In this document: one piece after another, positions 1 through 8,752 of the stretch
How the letters are laid out: every line of letters begins with the position of its first letter
Position numbering within the stretch: position 1 is the first letter of the stretch
IMG/VR virus record: IMGVR_UViG_3300037300_000108
Span: 1-56,272 of that record
Origin: a virus
Taxonomy: Duplodnaviria; Caudoviricetes
DNA: 56,272 nt
Direction: 5' to 3' (one strand)
Program-made: the position numbers and the translations under genes
The notes under the pieces: model-generated
Database searches by the model: none
What the model was told of the DNA's origin: nothing
Seen by the model: only the letters and a program-made list of their open reading frames with translations

Positions 1-168
1 GCAGCCAGCGTAGAGGTTCCTGATGCCGACAGCGTAGTGAACGCACCAGCCGCAGGTGTACTCGCGCCGACAGTGCCGTTGATATTTATCGAGGCTGTAC
101 CTGTCAAGTTCGTGACTATACCGCTGCTGGGGGTTCCTAGGGCTGGGGTTACTAGGGTTGGGCTTGTG
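1..168. repeat. Terminal direct repeat / circular overlap, left copy (matches 56105-56272)
   Basis: 168-nt match to the window end with mismatches only at positions 15, 18 and 42. Confidence 0.95.
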
Positions 169-500
169 TTGAGCACTACGTTGCCTGTGCCGGTGGAACT
201 TGTAACTCCCGTGCCGCCCTGTGCAACCGTGACCGTAGCGGCCTGCTTTACAAGTTTGCCCGTCGTGCCATTGAAAGCCACCAAGCCGTCAGCGGTTGCT
301 GAAGCCGGCCCCACTACATCACCCGTAGACCCAGCTGCGGAGGCGAGTAGTTTTACCGTGCCAGCAGCGTTCTTGAAATAAAGTTTTTCGTCGGTGGTGT
401 TAATCGCCAACTCACCGTCCGCTAGATTGCCAGAAGTAGGCGCTGCACTAGCCGTAGTTGTACGGTATAGCTGGATGGGGGTGAAGTTTGTTTGTGCCAT
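1..500 (-). CDS. Tail fibre, 5' part (continues across the origin into 55069-56272; about 511 aa in total)
   Basis: ATG at 500 overlaps the upstream stop (TAATG); reads MAQTNFTPIQLYRTTTASAAPTSGNLADGELAINTTDEKLYFKN...; in frame with ORF 55069..56211 through the overlap; absent from the ORF track. Confidence 0.85.
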   Translation of the reverse strand, partial: MAQTNFTPIQLYRTTTASAAPTSGNLADGELAINTTDEKLYFKNAAGTVKLLASAAGSTGDVVGPASATADGLVAFNGTTGKLVKQAATVTVAQGGTGVTSSTGTGNVVLNTSPTLVTPALGTPSSGIVTNLTGTASININGTVGASTPAAGAFTTLSASGTSTLA

Positions 501-925
501 TAAAATATTCCTCCGTTGACGGTGGTCGTTGCAACCACAAAATCAGTGCCATTCCACACAACCAGTGCTGTGCTACCGGCTGCAACCAAAACTCCGGCAG
601 TTGGGCCAGTGCCGCGAATAACTACTTGAAAGCCGCCAGACGTTGAATTAACAACGACGTACATTTTGCTCTGCGCTGGAGCTGTGATGTATTTGACGGT
701 GGTGCGAGCCCCAGTACATAGCAAAACAGCCGAGCGGGCTTGGTTTGACGTAAGTGAGGTCGAGGTTAAAGTAACGTCTGCGTCAGTGCTAAGCGTGGTC
801 GTTCCAGCAACCGCAGTGTCCAGTAGAGCCGTTATTGAGCTATTTACTACGTTACCCCACGTGCCCGATAGTTCGCCCTGAGCGGGTAGTGCCAGCCCAA
901 GTAGCGCCGTATTTCCTGTTGCCAT
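500..925 (-). CDS. Virion/tail structural protein
   Basis: 141 aa, Thr/Gly/Ala rich, translationally coupled within the tail operon. Confidence 0.7.
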   Translation of the reverse strand: MATGNTALLGLALPAQGELSGTWGNVVNSSITALLDTAVAGTTTLSTDADVTLTSTSLTSNQARSAVLLCTGARTTVKYITAPAQSKMYVVVNSTSGGFQVVIRGTGPTAGVLVAAGSTALVVWNGTDFVVATTTVNGGIF

Positions 926-1563
926 TAGAAGGTTCCCCCGTTAATCCCACTCCAAACCGGAGCACTGGTTCCGGCAGATGTAAGAACTTGTCCCACAGTG
1001 CCAGTAGCCGTAAAATCTGTTGTACTTGCTGCTGTATTGTAGGGGATCTGTCCCGAGCCACCACCTGCTAAATTCTGAGCAGATCCTGTAGTATTTCCAG
1101 TTCCGCCATTAATCACCGGAAGCACGCCGCTTACATGCGTAGTAAGCCCAATCTTTCCCCAAAAAGGGTTTGCTCCAGCGCCACCAGAAAGAAAAGCGTT
1201 TCCCAGGGCAACATCTGCAAGACCAGCCAAAGTAGTTGTGTTTGCCTCGTCTACGTATATTGCACGGCCAGCAGGATAGGTGACAAATACTACCTTAGTG
1301 CCAGATGCAAACGCAACTTTAGAGCCCGACGAACTAGAGGAAAGTACCGTTGTTCTTGTAAGCGTTGGGCCAACTGTGCTGTAGGTGCCGAAGCCAACTT
1401 CCCATTCATTCGTCGTTGAGTCTACTGCCGTGTAGTACGTGGAGTTTGTATTGCCAATGGAAGAGAATGATTGAAAGCCGCCAACAGCTCCGCCTAGAAC
1501 GAAGTCTGTAACACCCGTCGTAGTGGTGGTTTCCTGTACCCGGTCTTTTACAATTATTGCCAT
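925..1563 (-). CDS. Tail fibre-like structural protein
   Basis: Likely start MAIIVKDRVQETTTTTG, a common phage tail protein N-terminus; Gly/Thr-rich C-terminus. Confidence 0.7.
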   Translation of the reverse strand: MAIIVKDRVQETTTTTGVTDFVLGGAVGGFQSFSSIGNTNSTYYTAVDSTTNEWEVGFGTYSTVGPTLTRTTVLSSSSSGSKVAFASGTKVVFVTYPAGRAIYVDEANTTTLAGLADVALGNAFLSGGAGANPFWGKIGLTTHVSGVLPVINGGTGNTTGSAQNLAGGGSGQIPYNTAASTTDFTATGTVGQVLTSAGTSAPVWSGINGGTF

Positions 1564-1571
1564 TTTTGTCT

Positions 1572-2186
1572 TTAATTGTCTGTGCCGATGACGCCCCAAT
1601 TACTCTCTTGGTCATCGTCAACTTCTAGCCATCCTGCCGTTTGATTGTCGCTAATTGCCGCCCAATTGGCAATCTGGCCATCATCAATCTCTGCCCATCC
1701 AGCCGATTGAGTATCGTTCACTGAATCCCAGTCGGTAGTTTGATCGTCGTCCACTGGCTCCCACAAGTATCTTGCATTAATCTGGTCTGATGCAATGACA
1801 AGCTGCTGAGTGGAAGATTGAAACACCGCGCCGGCCAAAAAAGAATCCGATCCCATTGCAAAGTTCAGGGCTAAAGCACTAAACGTTGCCGAAGAAATTG
1901 CGTCCTCGTCAACTGCCAGTGCGGATTCGCTTAGATTTACAAAAAACTTTGCGCTCGACTGCGGGCTATCAGAGCCAGTTGCCGAGTTCAGAGTGGCAGT
2001 ATTGCCAGTGAATTGAGCTGACCCACTGTCCAAAACGGAAGTTGACTCACTTAAAGAGGACGAATAAACAACAAAACCATTAAGAATGTCGTTCGTTGCC
2101 GCCGATTCGTTTGTGATGCTGAAGTATTGCGGCTGTATCTCTGCCGAATCAAACGGAGCAGAAGAAAACGGCAAAAAGCCAAGCAT
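1572..2186 (-). CDS. Tail-associated structural protein
   Basis: MLGFLPFSSAPF N-terminus, Ser/Ala-rich body, C-terminal 11-aa W..VDD.Q repeats. Confidence 0.6.
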   Translation of the reverse strand: MLGFLPFSSAPFDSAEIQPQYFSITNESAATNDILNGFVVYSSSLSESTSVLDSGSAQFTGNTATLNSATGSDSPQSSAKFFVNLSESALAVDEDAISSATFSALALNFAMGSDSFLAGAVFQSSTQQLVIASDQINARYLWEPVDDDQTTDWDSVNDTQSAGWAEIDDGQIANWAAISDNQTAGWLEVDDDQESNWGVIGTDN

Positions 2187-2203
2187 TAGGATCTATCCTT
2201 GAC

Positions 2204-2779
2204 TTATGCTGCGTCAAGACTAAAAGTGTAAGTCACATTAAGCACGTCACCGGAAACCACCGCCCTATTACCCGGCGACTGAAAGTTTGCTTCGGAAAAT
2301 AGAATGCCAGAAGTTCCGCTTGCTACCGTGCAAAGGAAAGCACCCGATACAGTTCCGCCAGCGCCTGAGATTGCAAAGGATGCAACAGATCCTGAATTGT
2401 CAATAACCGAAGGATCTGCCAGGGTGGGCGTACCAAGCGTTAGAGTTTTCCGTGTGCCGGAATAGTTTACAAATTCAATCCATCCGGCGTGAGATGCAAG
2501 GGCATCGCCAGAAGCATAAGATGCGCCGGGGCCAATAATCAGGCCAAGAAAGAACGCCGCAGTGTAAGAGCTACCCTTAAAGTACTTGGAGTTCATGTCC
2601 TGCAAGCCTTCATTCACCACAAGGTTGTGCATTTTATCCTGCCACTTCAAATTGCCGTCTTTGTCGAAACACTGCAATTGGAATATACCACCGCCTTTTG
2701 CCGATTCTGGGGATTGAGTTTTTGCAACCAAGCCAGCAGTAATTTGCTCACCTGATTTAGCCTTGTCGTTGAACATCAT
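2204..2779 (-). CDS. Virion structural protein
   Basis: 191 aa with W....HNLVVNEG and GD.LNVTYT motifs typical of phage tail proteins. Confidence 0.65.
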   Translation of the reverse strand: MMFNDKAKSGEQITAGLVAKTQSPESAKGGGIFQLQCFDKDGNLKWQDKMHNLVVNEGLQDMNSKYFKGSSYTAAFFLGLIIGPGASYASGDALASHAGWIEFVNYSGTRKTLTLGTPTLADPSVIDNSGSVASFAISGAGGTVSGAFLCTVASGTSGILFSEANFQSPGNRAVVSGDVLNVTYTFSLDAA

Positions 2780-2785
2780 TAATCC

Positions 2786-3202
2786 TTAATTTGAGCTACG
2801 AATAAGTGCTGATGTAGCAGTATTCTTAGGCATGGTAATAGCGAAGTTACTGGATGTTTTGTCAGATCCAAAGTCTAGCACTGCAATAGCTTTGTTTCCT
2901 TGGCTTGCGTTGTAAATTAAAGCGCATCTTGCAGTCACCGAAGAGCCAAACTCCACGTTGCTGAAGTTAACGTAAGCTGTGTCTTCCGAGGAAAGCAAAG
3001 TAACCCCAGTCATAGCAACTCCACCTGCCACGTAACCAGCGCCAGATACCTCATTAACCGTTGTATAGACCGTGGTTGCCTCATTGAGATCGGCGCTGGC
3101 TGAGTACAGAGCAATCTTTAAAGTGTCCACTGTTAGGTTATGTACGGCTTGATAAAGCTCTAGTTTAAAGCTTGTGGTTTGAGTTTGAACGATTGAGCTC
3201 AT
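2786..3202 (-). CDS. Virion structural protein
   Basis: TTSFKLEL...LKIALY...ALIYN...AIAVLDFG, conserved phage structural type; operon context. Confidence 0.65.
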   Translation of the reverse strand: MSSIVQTQTTSFKLELYQAVHNLTVDTLKIALYSASADLNEATTVYTTVNEVSGAGYVAGGVAMTGVTLLSSEDTAYVNFSNVEFGSSVTARCALIYNASQGNKAIAVLDFGSDKTSSNFAITMPKNTATSALIRSSN

Positions 3203-3849
3203 GAAACGGCAATCCTAACTTGGCCATCGCGGTAGGCGTCCATCCTTTGTTTGCCATCGCCAAGATTTTTAAGCAATGCAATAGACTGGAAGTACATGTC
3301 TTGGTAAATTTTAACCAAGTCAGCCTCTCCCTTCATGTAGCGTATTGCTTCGATTAAAGCACCATTGAGAAGCGCTGAGTCGAAGTTTTCTCCAAGCCAT
3401 GTTTCTCCAGCAGTCACAATAGACTCTGGATAGTAGTAGTAATGCAACTCTGTTGAGTAGCCGCTATTTGGGGTTGGCCCAACAATAAACACCAGCTCAT
3501 TTACATCACTAGATCTGGGGCCAAAAATTGCATAGTGCTTTGGAAGGCCAGTTTGCGCTGACTTGGGATACGCTTCTCGAATGAAGTTTACGTCCTTGTT
3601 CAACAAGTAATAATAATCACCATCACCGTCAATCACTGCAATTGAATACGTGGACAAAAAATCCGTAGGGGCTTGCAGGTAGTTGCTGCCCGTAGTCAAG
3701 TTGCCAGTAACGTTTTTTCGTAGATTGGCTAACTGCACCGTGTTGTATATGCGCTGCTCGGCCTGCTGCGCAAACAATGCAAACTCATTCTCTGAGAACT
3801 GATTCTCACAGATGTTGGCAATAGAAGTTTTTAACTCGGCGTAGTTCAT
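3199..3849 (-). CDS. Head-tail adaptor / tail tubular protein
   Basis: MNYAELKTSI...GLPKHYA...GPTPN...YYYYP...ALLNGALIEA pattern of podoviral adaptor proteins. Confidence 0.65.
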   Translation of the reverse strand: MNYAELKTSIANICENQFSENEFALFAQQAEQRIYNTVQLANLRKNVTGNLTTGSNYLQAPTDFLSTYSIAVIDGDGDYYYLLNKDVNFIREAYPKSAQTGLPKHYAIFGPRSSDVNELVFIVGPTPNSGYSTELHYYYYPESIVTAGETWLGENFDSALLNGALIEAIRYMKGEADLVKIYQDMYFQSIALLKNLGDGKQRMDAYRDGQVRIAVS

Positions 3850-3856
3850 ATAAACT

Positions 3857-4123
3857 TCAAGCCATTGGGCCTCGTGCCATTAATCCTTTTGTGGCAGCGC
3901 CAGTACCACGTATTTTAATGCCGCTAGTCTTAACTGGAGGTGCGTCTTCTTGCTTGCTGATATTGCCAACGCTCATGTTGACCGTATTCAAGTTACTGCC
4001 ATTTTTACCTTTGCCGGGATTACTCTCGGCGCGGACAATTTTGCCAGTCATAGTGTGCGGCTTGGCGTAAACAGCGGCATCGCCAACTTCTTTGCCACCC
4101 ATTTTTTTGCTGAATTTAGCCAT
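3857..4123 (-). CDS. Small basic protein
   Basis: 88 aa, Lys/Gly rich, ends IKIRGTGAATKGLMARGPMA. Confidence 0.7.
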   Translation of the reverse strand: MAKFSKKMGGKEVGDAAVYAKPHTMTGKIVRAESNPGKGKNGSNLNTVNMSVGNISKQEDAPPVKTSGIKIRGTGAATKGLMARGPMA

Positions 4124-4125
4124 GA

Positions 4126-4317
4126 TTAGCCTCGCTTCTGGTTTGCAACTTTAGCCATACCGCGACCCATTGACAGCATGTCTTCATTAGTTTTGCCGCC
4201 TTTTCCGTTCTTAGGCTTGCCCTTTTGAATGGCAACCATGGGGCCGCTATCGCCAAGATTTTTACCAACGGTACGACCTTTTTTGGCAACTCCGTCAGCA
4301 GATTTTGTAAAAGCCAT
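4126..4317 (-). CDS. Small basic protein
   Basis: Start MAFTKSADG after an AGGAG RBS; Lys/Gly rich. Confidence 0.7.
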   Translation of the reverse strand: MAFTKSADGVAKKGRTVGKNLGDSGPMVAIQKGKPKNGKGGKTNEDMLSMGRGMAKVANQKRG

Positions 4318-4327
4318 GATTAACTCC

Positions 4328-4717
4328 TTAAGACTCTGTAACCAACACTGTACCAACATAACTCGTTGCGACCAAATAGTTTGGAGTCAACGAATTGTCA
4401 AAAAATTGAGCGCCGCCTACTGGTGCCCATCCCCACTGTATTGACCGGCTACCTCCACCTAGCGAGCCTCCAGAGGTTAATCCGGACGTTACATAGGTTG
4501 TATCTCTACGTGGATTCCTTACCGCCTGCGGGTCATCTATAGGGTACATCCCAATCTGTAGCTGTGGGTGATCTGGATCCCAGCATGCAGGACAAACAAG
4601 CAACTCGTACCGCTTAGTCTTGATAATTTCAATTTTCAAATTACGCAGCTTATATTGCTGACCGCACCGATCACATTCGGCAATTGACTTTTTGCCGGAT
4701 GCAAATCTATTTCCCAT
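4328..4717 (-). CDS. Zn-finger protein
   Basis: CDRCG...CPACWD CxxC pairs. Confidence 0.7.
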   Translation of the reverse strand: MGNRFASGKKSIAECDRCGQQYKLRNLKIEIIKTKRYELLVCPACWDPDHPQLQIGMYPIDDPQAVRNPRRDTTYVTSGLTSGGSLGGGSRSIQWGWAPVGGAQFFDNSLTPNYLVATSYVGTVLVTES

Positions 4718-5646
4718 TATGTGCCACCACCGATAAACATGCGCCTTGGAACAAATCTTACGGCTGCCTTTTCGCGATCTTCGCCAGCAGCAATTTCAAA
4801 TGTTTCGTCGTACATCTGTTTAAGCATTTGTACGCGCGGCATCATTTCTGGCACCTTGACGGCAATGTGATATGCCAGTCCAGCTACAAGAGCGGGTAAA
4901 AAACGAAAGTTCATGTCCGCCGTCTCAATACCTGCGCCAGCATCTTGTACGCGGCGCAAACGCCAATAGACAAAGGTGTAGGGTGTTGTGCTGTCTGGTG
5001 TAGGCCAAACTGTAATTGCTGGCAATTGAGTTACATAAACGGTAATACCGCTTGTATGACTGGCCGCCGTAGTGTTGGCCTGTCCTCGAAAGCATTTACT
5101 CAACACGTTACCCGAGATGTAGTTGTAGTAAACAACCTCATTTTCCAGCTTGATAAAACCTGCCGCAGCCAGTCCGCTCGTAGAACTTAATGTAATCGTG
5201 GTGTCGGTACTGGCAATATTGCCACTTAGCGTAGATCCAGCCGGGTTTGTTTCTCCCGACATCCGCTGAATCATGACTTGAATCGGTCGAGCTTGCTGGA
5301 TCTTGTTGGGAATAGTGGCGTAGGTGGAAACGCTAATGCGCGTGATACTCAGATCGGCCTGAGTTGACGCTGTATTTGCACCAGTTCGAATGACGTGTTC
5401 AAGCAAATCAATGGTGTCAGCGGGTAATGCGTACGTGTTTAGACCTGGCGTCAAAGGAATGGTCCCCTGCTCCATCGTCCACATGTTGATTCCCTTGCTT
5501 TGCCACTCAATCGTCATTAGGTTCATGGATCGACGAGCCGTGCGCAAGTCATATCCAGTACGCATTTCCCTGCCAGCTCGCTCCCACGCCTCTTCAGCGA
5601 TCTCCGTAAAATCCATGTTGAAGAGAGTTGAGCCGGTAGTTGTCAT
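4717..5646 (-). CDS. Head-tail connector-like structural protein
   Basis: 309 aa; YDLRTARRSMNLM...WPTPD...ALVAGLAY, adaptor-like with an inserted Ser/Thr-rich segment. Confidence 0.6.
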   Translation of the reverse strand: MTTTGSTLFNMDFTEIAEEAWERAGREMRTGYDLRTARRSMNLMTIEWQSKGINMWTMEQGTIPLTPGLNTYALPADTIDLLEHVIRTGANTASTQADLSITRISVSTYATIPNKIQQARPIQVMIQRMSGETNPAGSTLSGNIASTDTTITLSSTSGLAAAGFIKLENEVVYYNYISGNVLSKCFRGQANTTAASHTSGITVYVTQLPAITVWPTPDSTTPYTFVYWRLRRVQDAGAGIETADMNFRFLPALVAGLAYHIAVKVPEMMPRVQMLKQMYDETFEIAAGEDREKAAVRFVPRRMFIGGGT

Positions 5647-5882
5647 TATCTAAACCCTGCTGTTTTCTTTGCGATACGCTTGGGCTGGGCTACGAACTGC
5701 TTGCCTGCGGCCTTACCAGCACGCTTGGCCTTTGTGGTGGCAGCATACTCGGCGGGGCTCAGTGATTTTATCGCAGCTTTTGGCAAATACCGCTCCCCCG
5801 TCTTGGAAGATGGTTTGCCGGATTTAGTTCCCCAATCCTGCTTTGACCAGTCCTTGAGCGACTTTTGCGGTGCTTTAATCAC
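5646..5882 (-). CDS. Basic protein, DUF5872-like C-terminal part
   Basis: GTG start overlapping the upstream stop; QKSLKDWSKQDWGTK...TGERYLPKAA. Confidence 0.6.
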   Translation of the reverse strand: MIKAPQKSLKDWSKQDWGTKSGKPSSKTGERYLPKAAIKSLSPAEYAATTKAKRAGKAAGKQFVAQPKRIAKKTAGFR

Positions 5883-6162
5883 GATACCCGCCGCCTGCGG
5901 CCTTATAACGCTTAGCCACCAGTTGACTTTTTCTCGCGCTCCATTTTCCCGCACCAGTACCAACAATGGAAGCTGCTTTGACGCTGTTAAAAATCCGCTT
6001 ACGCATCTCTGGCTTCGTGTAGTTGCCCGCCTCATTGACTTTGGATTTTACCTTACCGCCGTCCTTGAACTGCGTGAAGTCGGTGTCGTCCCTACGGGCT
6101 TTTTTCTTGCCGCCGGGCATCTTACTAGGGGAGACTGCCCCCATGCCTCGGCTGGCCATCAT
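5875..6162 (-). CDS. Basic protein, DUF5872-like N-terminal part
   Basis: NYTKPEMRKRI...GKWSARKSQLVAKRYKAAGGGY; ATGA overlap with the upstream gene. Confidence 0.6.
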   Translation of the reverse strand: MMASRGMGAVSPSKMPGGKKKARRDDTDFTQFKDGGKVKSKVNEAGNYTKPEMRKRIFNSVKAASIVGTGAGKWSARKSQLVAKRYKAAGGGYRD

Positions 6163-6476
6163 GCTCGTGTTTTCCCGCGTTGGGCGCAACCGTCACCTCG
6201 TTTGGAAGCCGAAGACACAGAACCACCTACGGCCATCTTCTTGACTGCGCCGCCTTTTTTGTAGCCCATATCGCTGATCTTCTTGCGATCCTTGGCGTCT
6301 TTGACTTCCTGCATCATCTCTTCCATTTGTGCAGGACGCTTAGTGGCCTTCCTGGGTATAGGAGCCATCTCGGGCTCCATATCACCCGTAGCTTGATCGT
6401 AGGCTTTCTCGGTGCGACGGCGCATTTTCATTTCGCGAACATCGTCGGGGGTCATGTCATTCATATCCATGTTCAT
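6159..6476 (-). CDS. Small Met/Lys-rich protein
   Basis: AAGGAG RBS; ends SKRGDGCAQRGKTRA. Confidence 0.65.
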   Translation of the reverse strand: MNMDMNDMTPDDVREMKMRRRTEKAYDQATGDMEPEMAPIPRKATKRPAQMEEMMQEVKDAKDRKKISDMGYKKGGAVKKMAVGGSVSSASKRGDGCAQRGKTRA

Positions 6477-6482
6477 CTCCTT

Positions 6483-6809
6483 TTAGTACTTGCCGCCAGA
6501 TTTCATCTTAACCATTGTTCCCTTGGTCTTGCCCTTGGTTTCGACGCCGCCGCCCTTGGCCATCTTTGCCATGCCGCCGTGCTTCATCCCTCCGGCCATC
6601 ATGGAGCCGTCTGGCATTTGGTGGACCCCACCGCCCATAGCCATCTTAGCCATGCCGCCAGCTTTCAAGCCTGCGTGTGCTTTGGATGCGGGTTTACCTG
6701 CGTGTTTGGCCAGAGCTGCTGGCATTTTGTCTTTGCCTTTAGCGGGGGCGTCAGCCCCTTTTTTCTTTGCCATCATGGCCATAAAGCCGGGGTTCATTTT
6801 GGAAGCCAT
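6483..6809 (-). CDS. Low-complexity Met/Lys/Gly/Ala protein
   Basis: Start MASKMNPG after AAAGGTG; six hydrophobic-x-x-GG units. Confidence 0.65.
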   Translation of the reverse strand: MASKMNPGFMAMMAKKKGADAPAKGKDKMPAALAKHAGKPASKAHAGLKAGGMAKMAMGGGVHQMPDGSMMAGGMKHGGMAKMAKGGGVETKGKTKGTMVKMKSGGKY

Positions 6810-6884
6810 AGTATCACCACCTTTAAAAATATGCGGGGTTTTCCCGCGTTGGAGAAACATTTTCCCACTTTCTGTGGGGTCCTT

Positions 6885-7070
6885 TTACTCTTTCGGGCCG
6901 CGGCCCGTCCAGCCACGAACTGTATCCGTTTCCCAAATCCGCAAGCTCGTCCAGATTATCGTAAAAATAGCAGCAACAGATGGGAGCATATCGGCAAGAG
7001 TCCCCAATACGGTGGCAATAGACAAGACGTCCACTAGGGGTTTTATGGATTCAGCGGATTCGTTTTTCAT
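6885..7070 (-). CDS. Small membrane protein (holin-like)
   Basis: 61 aa with hydrophobic segments, ...IIWTSLRIWETDTV. Confidence 0.55.
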   Translation of the reverse strand: MKNESAESIKPLVDVLSIATVLGTLADMLPSVAAIFTIIWTSLRIWETDTVRGWTGRGPKE

Positions 7071-7071
7071 G

Positions 7072-7332
7072 TCAGCATTTCCACGTTTTTAGCGATTTGT
7101 TGATGCGGCTGTTGGGGTCTTTAGCCGTTTTCTCGCTGGTCAACTTCTTTTTCATACCGGTCATCCGGGCGCAAAAAGAGTCGCGCCTGCTGCCGCCCTC
7201 GGGTTGAGGGGCCTTCAGACCGGGTTTGCCGGGGTTGGCTTTGTTGTACGACGCTCGGCCCTTCGCGTTCAGGCCGCCCTTGTCGGACTTGCCTTCTTTG
7301 CGTGTCCATGCTGCTGATTTTTCTTTAGCCAT
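7072..7332 (-). CDS. Basic protein, DUF6321-like
   Basis: AWTRKEGK..KGGLNAKGRASY...RRDSFCARM...SRINKSLKTWKC. Confidence 0.65.
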   Translation of the reverse strand: MAKEKSAAWTRKEGKSDKGGLNAKGRASYNKANPGKPGLKAPQPEGGSRRDSFCARMTGMKKKLTSEKTAKDPNSRINKSLKTWKC

Positions 7333-7600
7333 AGAAAACAGTTACTTTAGCGTTTGTGAGCACCGCGTAGGCATCTGCCAGAAACAGCACGCCCTCGCCC
7401 GGGATCTCTACGCTGAAGGGTTCGCCGTTAGCTGTGGTGTTAATCGTAAAAACGGTCGTACCGCTTGCGCCCCCATCCTTGAACACCACGCTGCCTGCGG
7501 GTGCGCCGGGCTCTACTAAGGCACCACGCACGCGAGTACGCTGACCAAAAATAGAACCCGATGCTGCCAGCGACGTGGCCTTGACGTCAGTTTGCATCAT
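7325..7600 (-). CDS. Virion structural protein
   Basis: MQTDVKA...IPGEGVLF...VTVFYG. Confidence 0.65.
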   Translation of the reverse strand: MMQTDVKATSLAASGSIFGQRTRVRGALVEPGAPAGSVVFKDGGASGTTVFTINTTANGEPFSVEIPGEGVLFLADAYAVLTNAKVTVFYG

Positions 7601-7615
7601 GTTTAGATGCTCCTA

Positions 7616-7813
7616 TTAACCGGCAGAAACAGCAAGCGTACCGGCGTTGTTCCAGATTGCGCCAAGTACACCGGGATCAGAAGTGGGGATAACAATAACG
7701 TTGTTGGCGGCGGTAGCGATAACTGCGCCAGTAGCGGTAACAGTAGTTGCGGTAACTGCGCCAACAAAACCATTGGTAGACGTAACCGGGCCGGAAAAGG
7801 TGGTAGAAGACAT
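7616..7813 (-). CDS. Capsid decoration-like small protein
   Basis: MSSTTFSGPVTSTNGF...PTSDPGVLGAIWNNAGTLAVSAG; AAGGA RBS. Confidence 0.6.
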   Translation of the reverse strand: MSSTTFSGPVTSTNGFVGAVTATTVTATGAVIATAANNVIVIPTSDPGVLGAIWNNAGTLAVSAG

Positions 7814-7819
7814 CTGAGT

Positions 7820-7896
7820 TCCTTACATGCAAGTTGGGGCGTATCTGTCTGCATGTCGTCGGCCCGGAGCCGTCAGATACACCGGATAGTCCGGGG
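7820..7896 (-). ncRNA. Structured RNA leader with potential pseudoknot (Mu-gpT-DE-like motif)
   Basis: Minus strand: GGTGTATCTG/CAGATACGCC stem; loop ACATGCA can pair with TGCATGT next to the RBS; lies downstream of a gpT-like capsid gene. Confidence 0.55.
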
Positions 7897-7903
7897 TGCC
7901 TTG

Positions 7904-7932
7904 TTTATATCACGCAAATGCTAAGCAATCAA
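7904..7932 (-). promoter_or_regulatory. Putative sigma70 promoter
   Basis: TTGATT-N17-TATAAA with an extended -10 TG, just upstream of the structured leader. Confidence 0.5.
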
Positions 7933-8651
7933 GGTGTTTTAATCATTAACGGCTTGAGAACATCTTCTTCAAAACTACGGATAAACTTTTCAGACCCCAC
8001 ATGGGGCAAACTAATAGTTGGATCTAAATAAATTGTAAAACCTTCTTTAGCAGCTCTATCGCAGAACAAATAGTCTTCGCCGTAGTACTGGCCGTCAACT
8101 AATCCAAGATCAAAGATAGCGTGCTCAGTGCGATTTGTGACGTTATTCTCATAGGCCCACTCTGGATGCTTGTCGCGCATAGTTTCAAGCACATGTCGTT
8201 GGATCATCATAAAACCCGTACCGATTCTCTTGACTCGCATAAAACCACTTGCGTCAAACTCTAGTGCGCCTTGCTCGTTTAAGTGGTAGTCCAAAAAGAA
8301 TTTCCTGTCCATGCCGCGACGAGGGTAAATACCGGCAGTAATGTCTTTACCAATACTTAGGGCTAATAGACGAAGCACTAAGTCAGCGGTTATTATGACA
8401 TCCGCATCCACAAATAGCATAGTGTCCGCGTCTGATGCAAGAAAGTCTGCCACCAAACCATTGCGAGCCTTGGTAATCAAGGAGCAGTTGGAAAAGTGAG
8501 TGAGATATAACTTGACGCCTAAGCCTACGACTTGGACCGCCAAATTTGATAGCGCGAAAGCTGAGTCAATGTTTAATTTACCGTCGTAAGCTGGAATGCA
8601 AACCATGAGTTTGCGGCCCGATAGGTCTATGCTTTTTTCAATGTTGGCCAT
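7929..8651 (-). CDS. GT-A fold glycosyltransferase-like protein
   Basis: VCIPAY...ITKARN...LFVDAD (DxD)...GTGFMMI...GEDYLFC...H. Confidence 0.8.
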   Translation of the reverse strand: MANIEKSIDLSGRKLMVCIPAYDGKLNIDSAFALSNLAVQVVGLGVKLYLTHFSNCSLITKARNGLVADFLASDADTMLFVDADVIITADLVLRLLALSIGKDITAGIYPRRGMDRKFFLDYHLNEQGALEFDASGFMRVKRIGTGFMMIQRHVLETMRDKHPEWAYENNVTNRTEHAIFDLGLVDGQYYGEDYLFCDRAAKEGFTIYLDPTISLPHVGSEKFIRSFEEDVLKPLMIKTP

Positions 8652-8717
8652 AAAGTTTGATTCGCACAGCTAATGCTGGAAAGTTGATGGTGAGACTAAT
8701 ATAACTTACGCCCAAAG

Positions 8718-8742
8718 AAAAAGGGGCATAAAGCCCCTTTTT
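8718..8742. terminator. Intrinsic terminator after the major capsid gene
   Basis: AAAAAGGGGC-ATAAA-GCCCCTTTTT symmetric hairpin with T tracts on both strands. Confidence 0.8.
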
Positions 8743-8752
8743 CGTAACGCAT

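Noticed and set aside
6180-7092. Long plus-strand ORFs (285 aa and 200 aa)
   Set aside because: Antisense shadows of low-complexity minus-strand genes that have good RBSs
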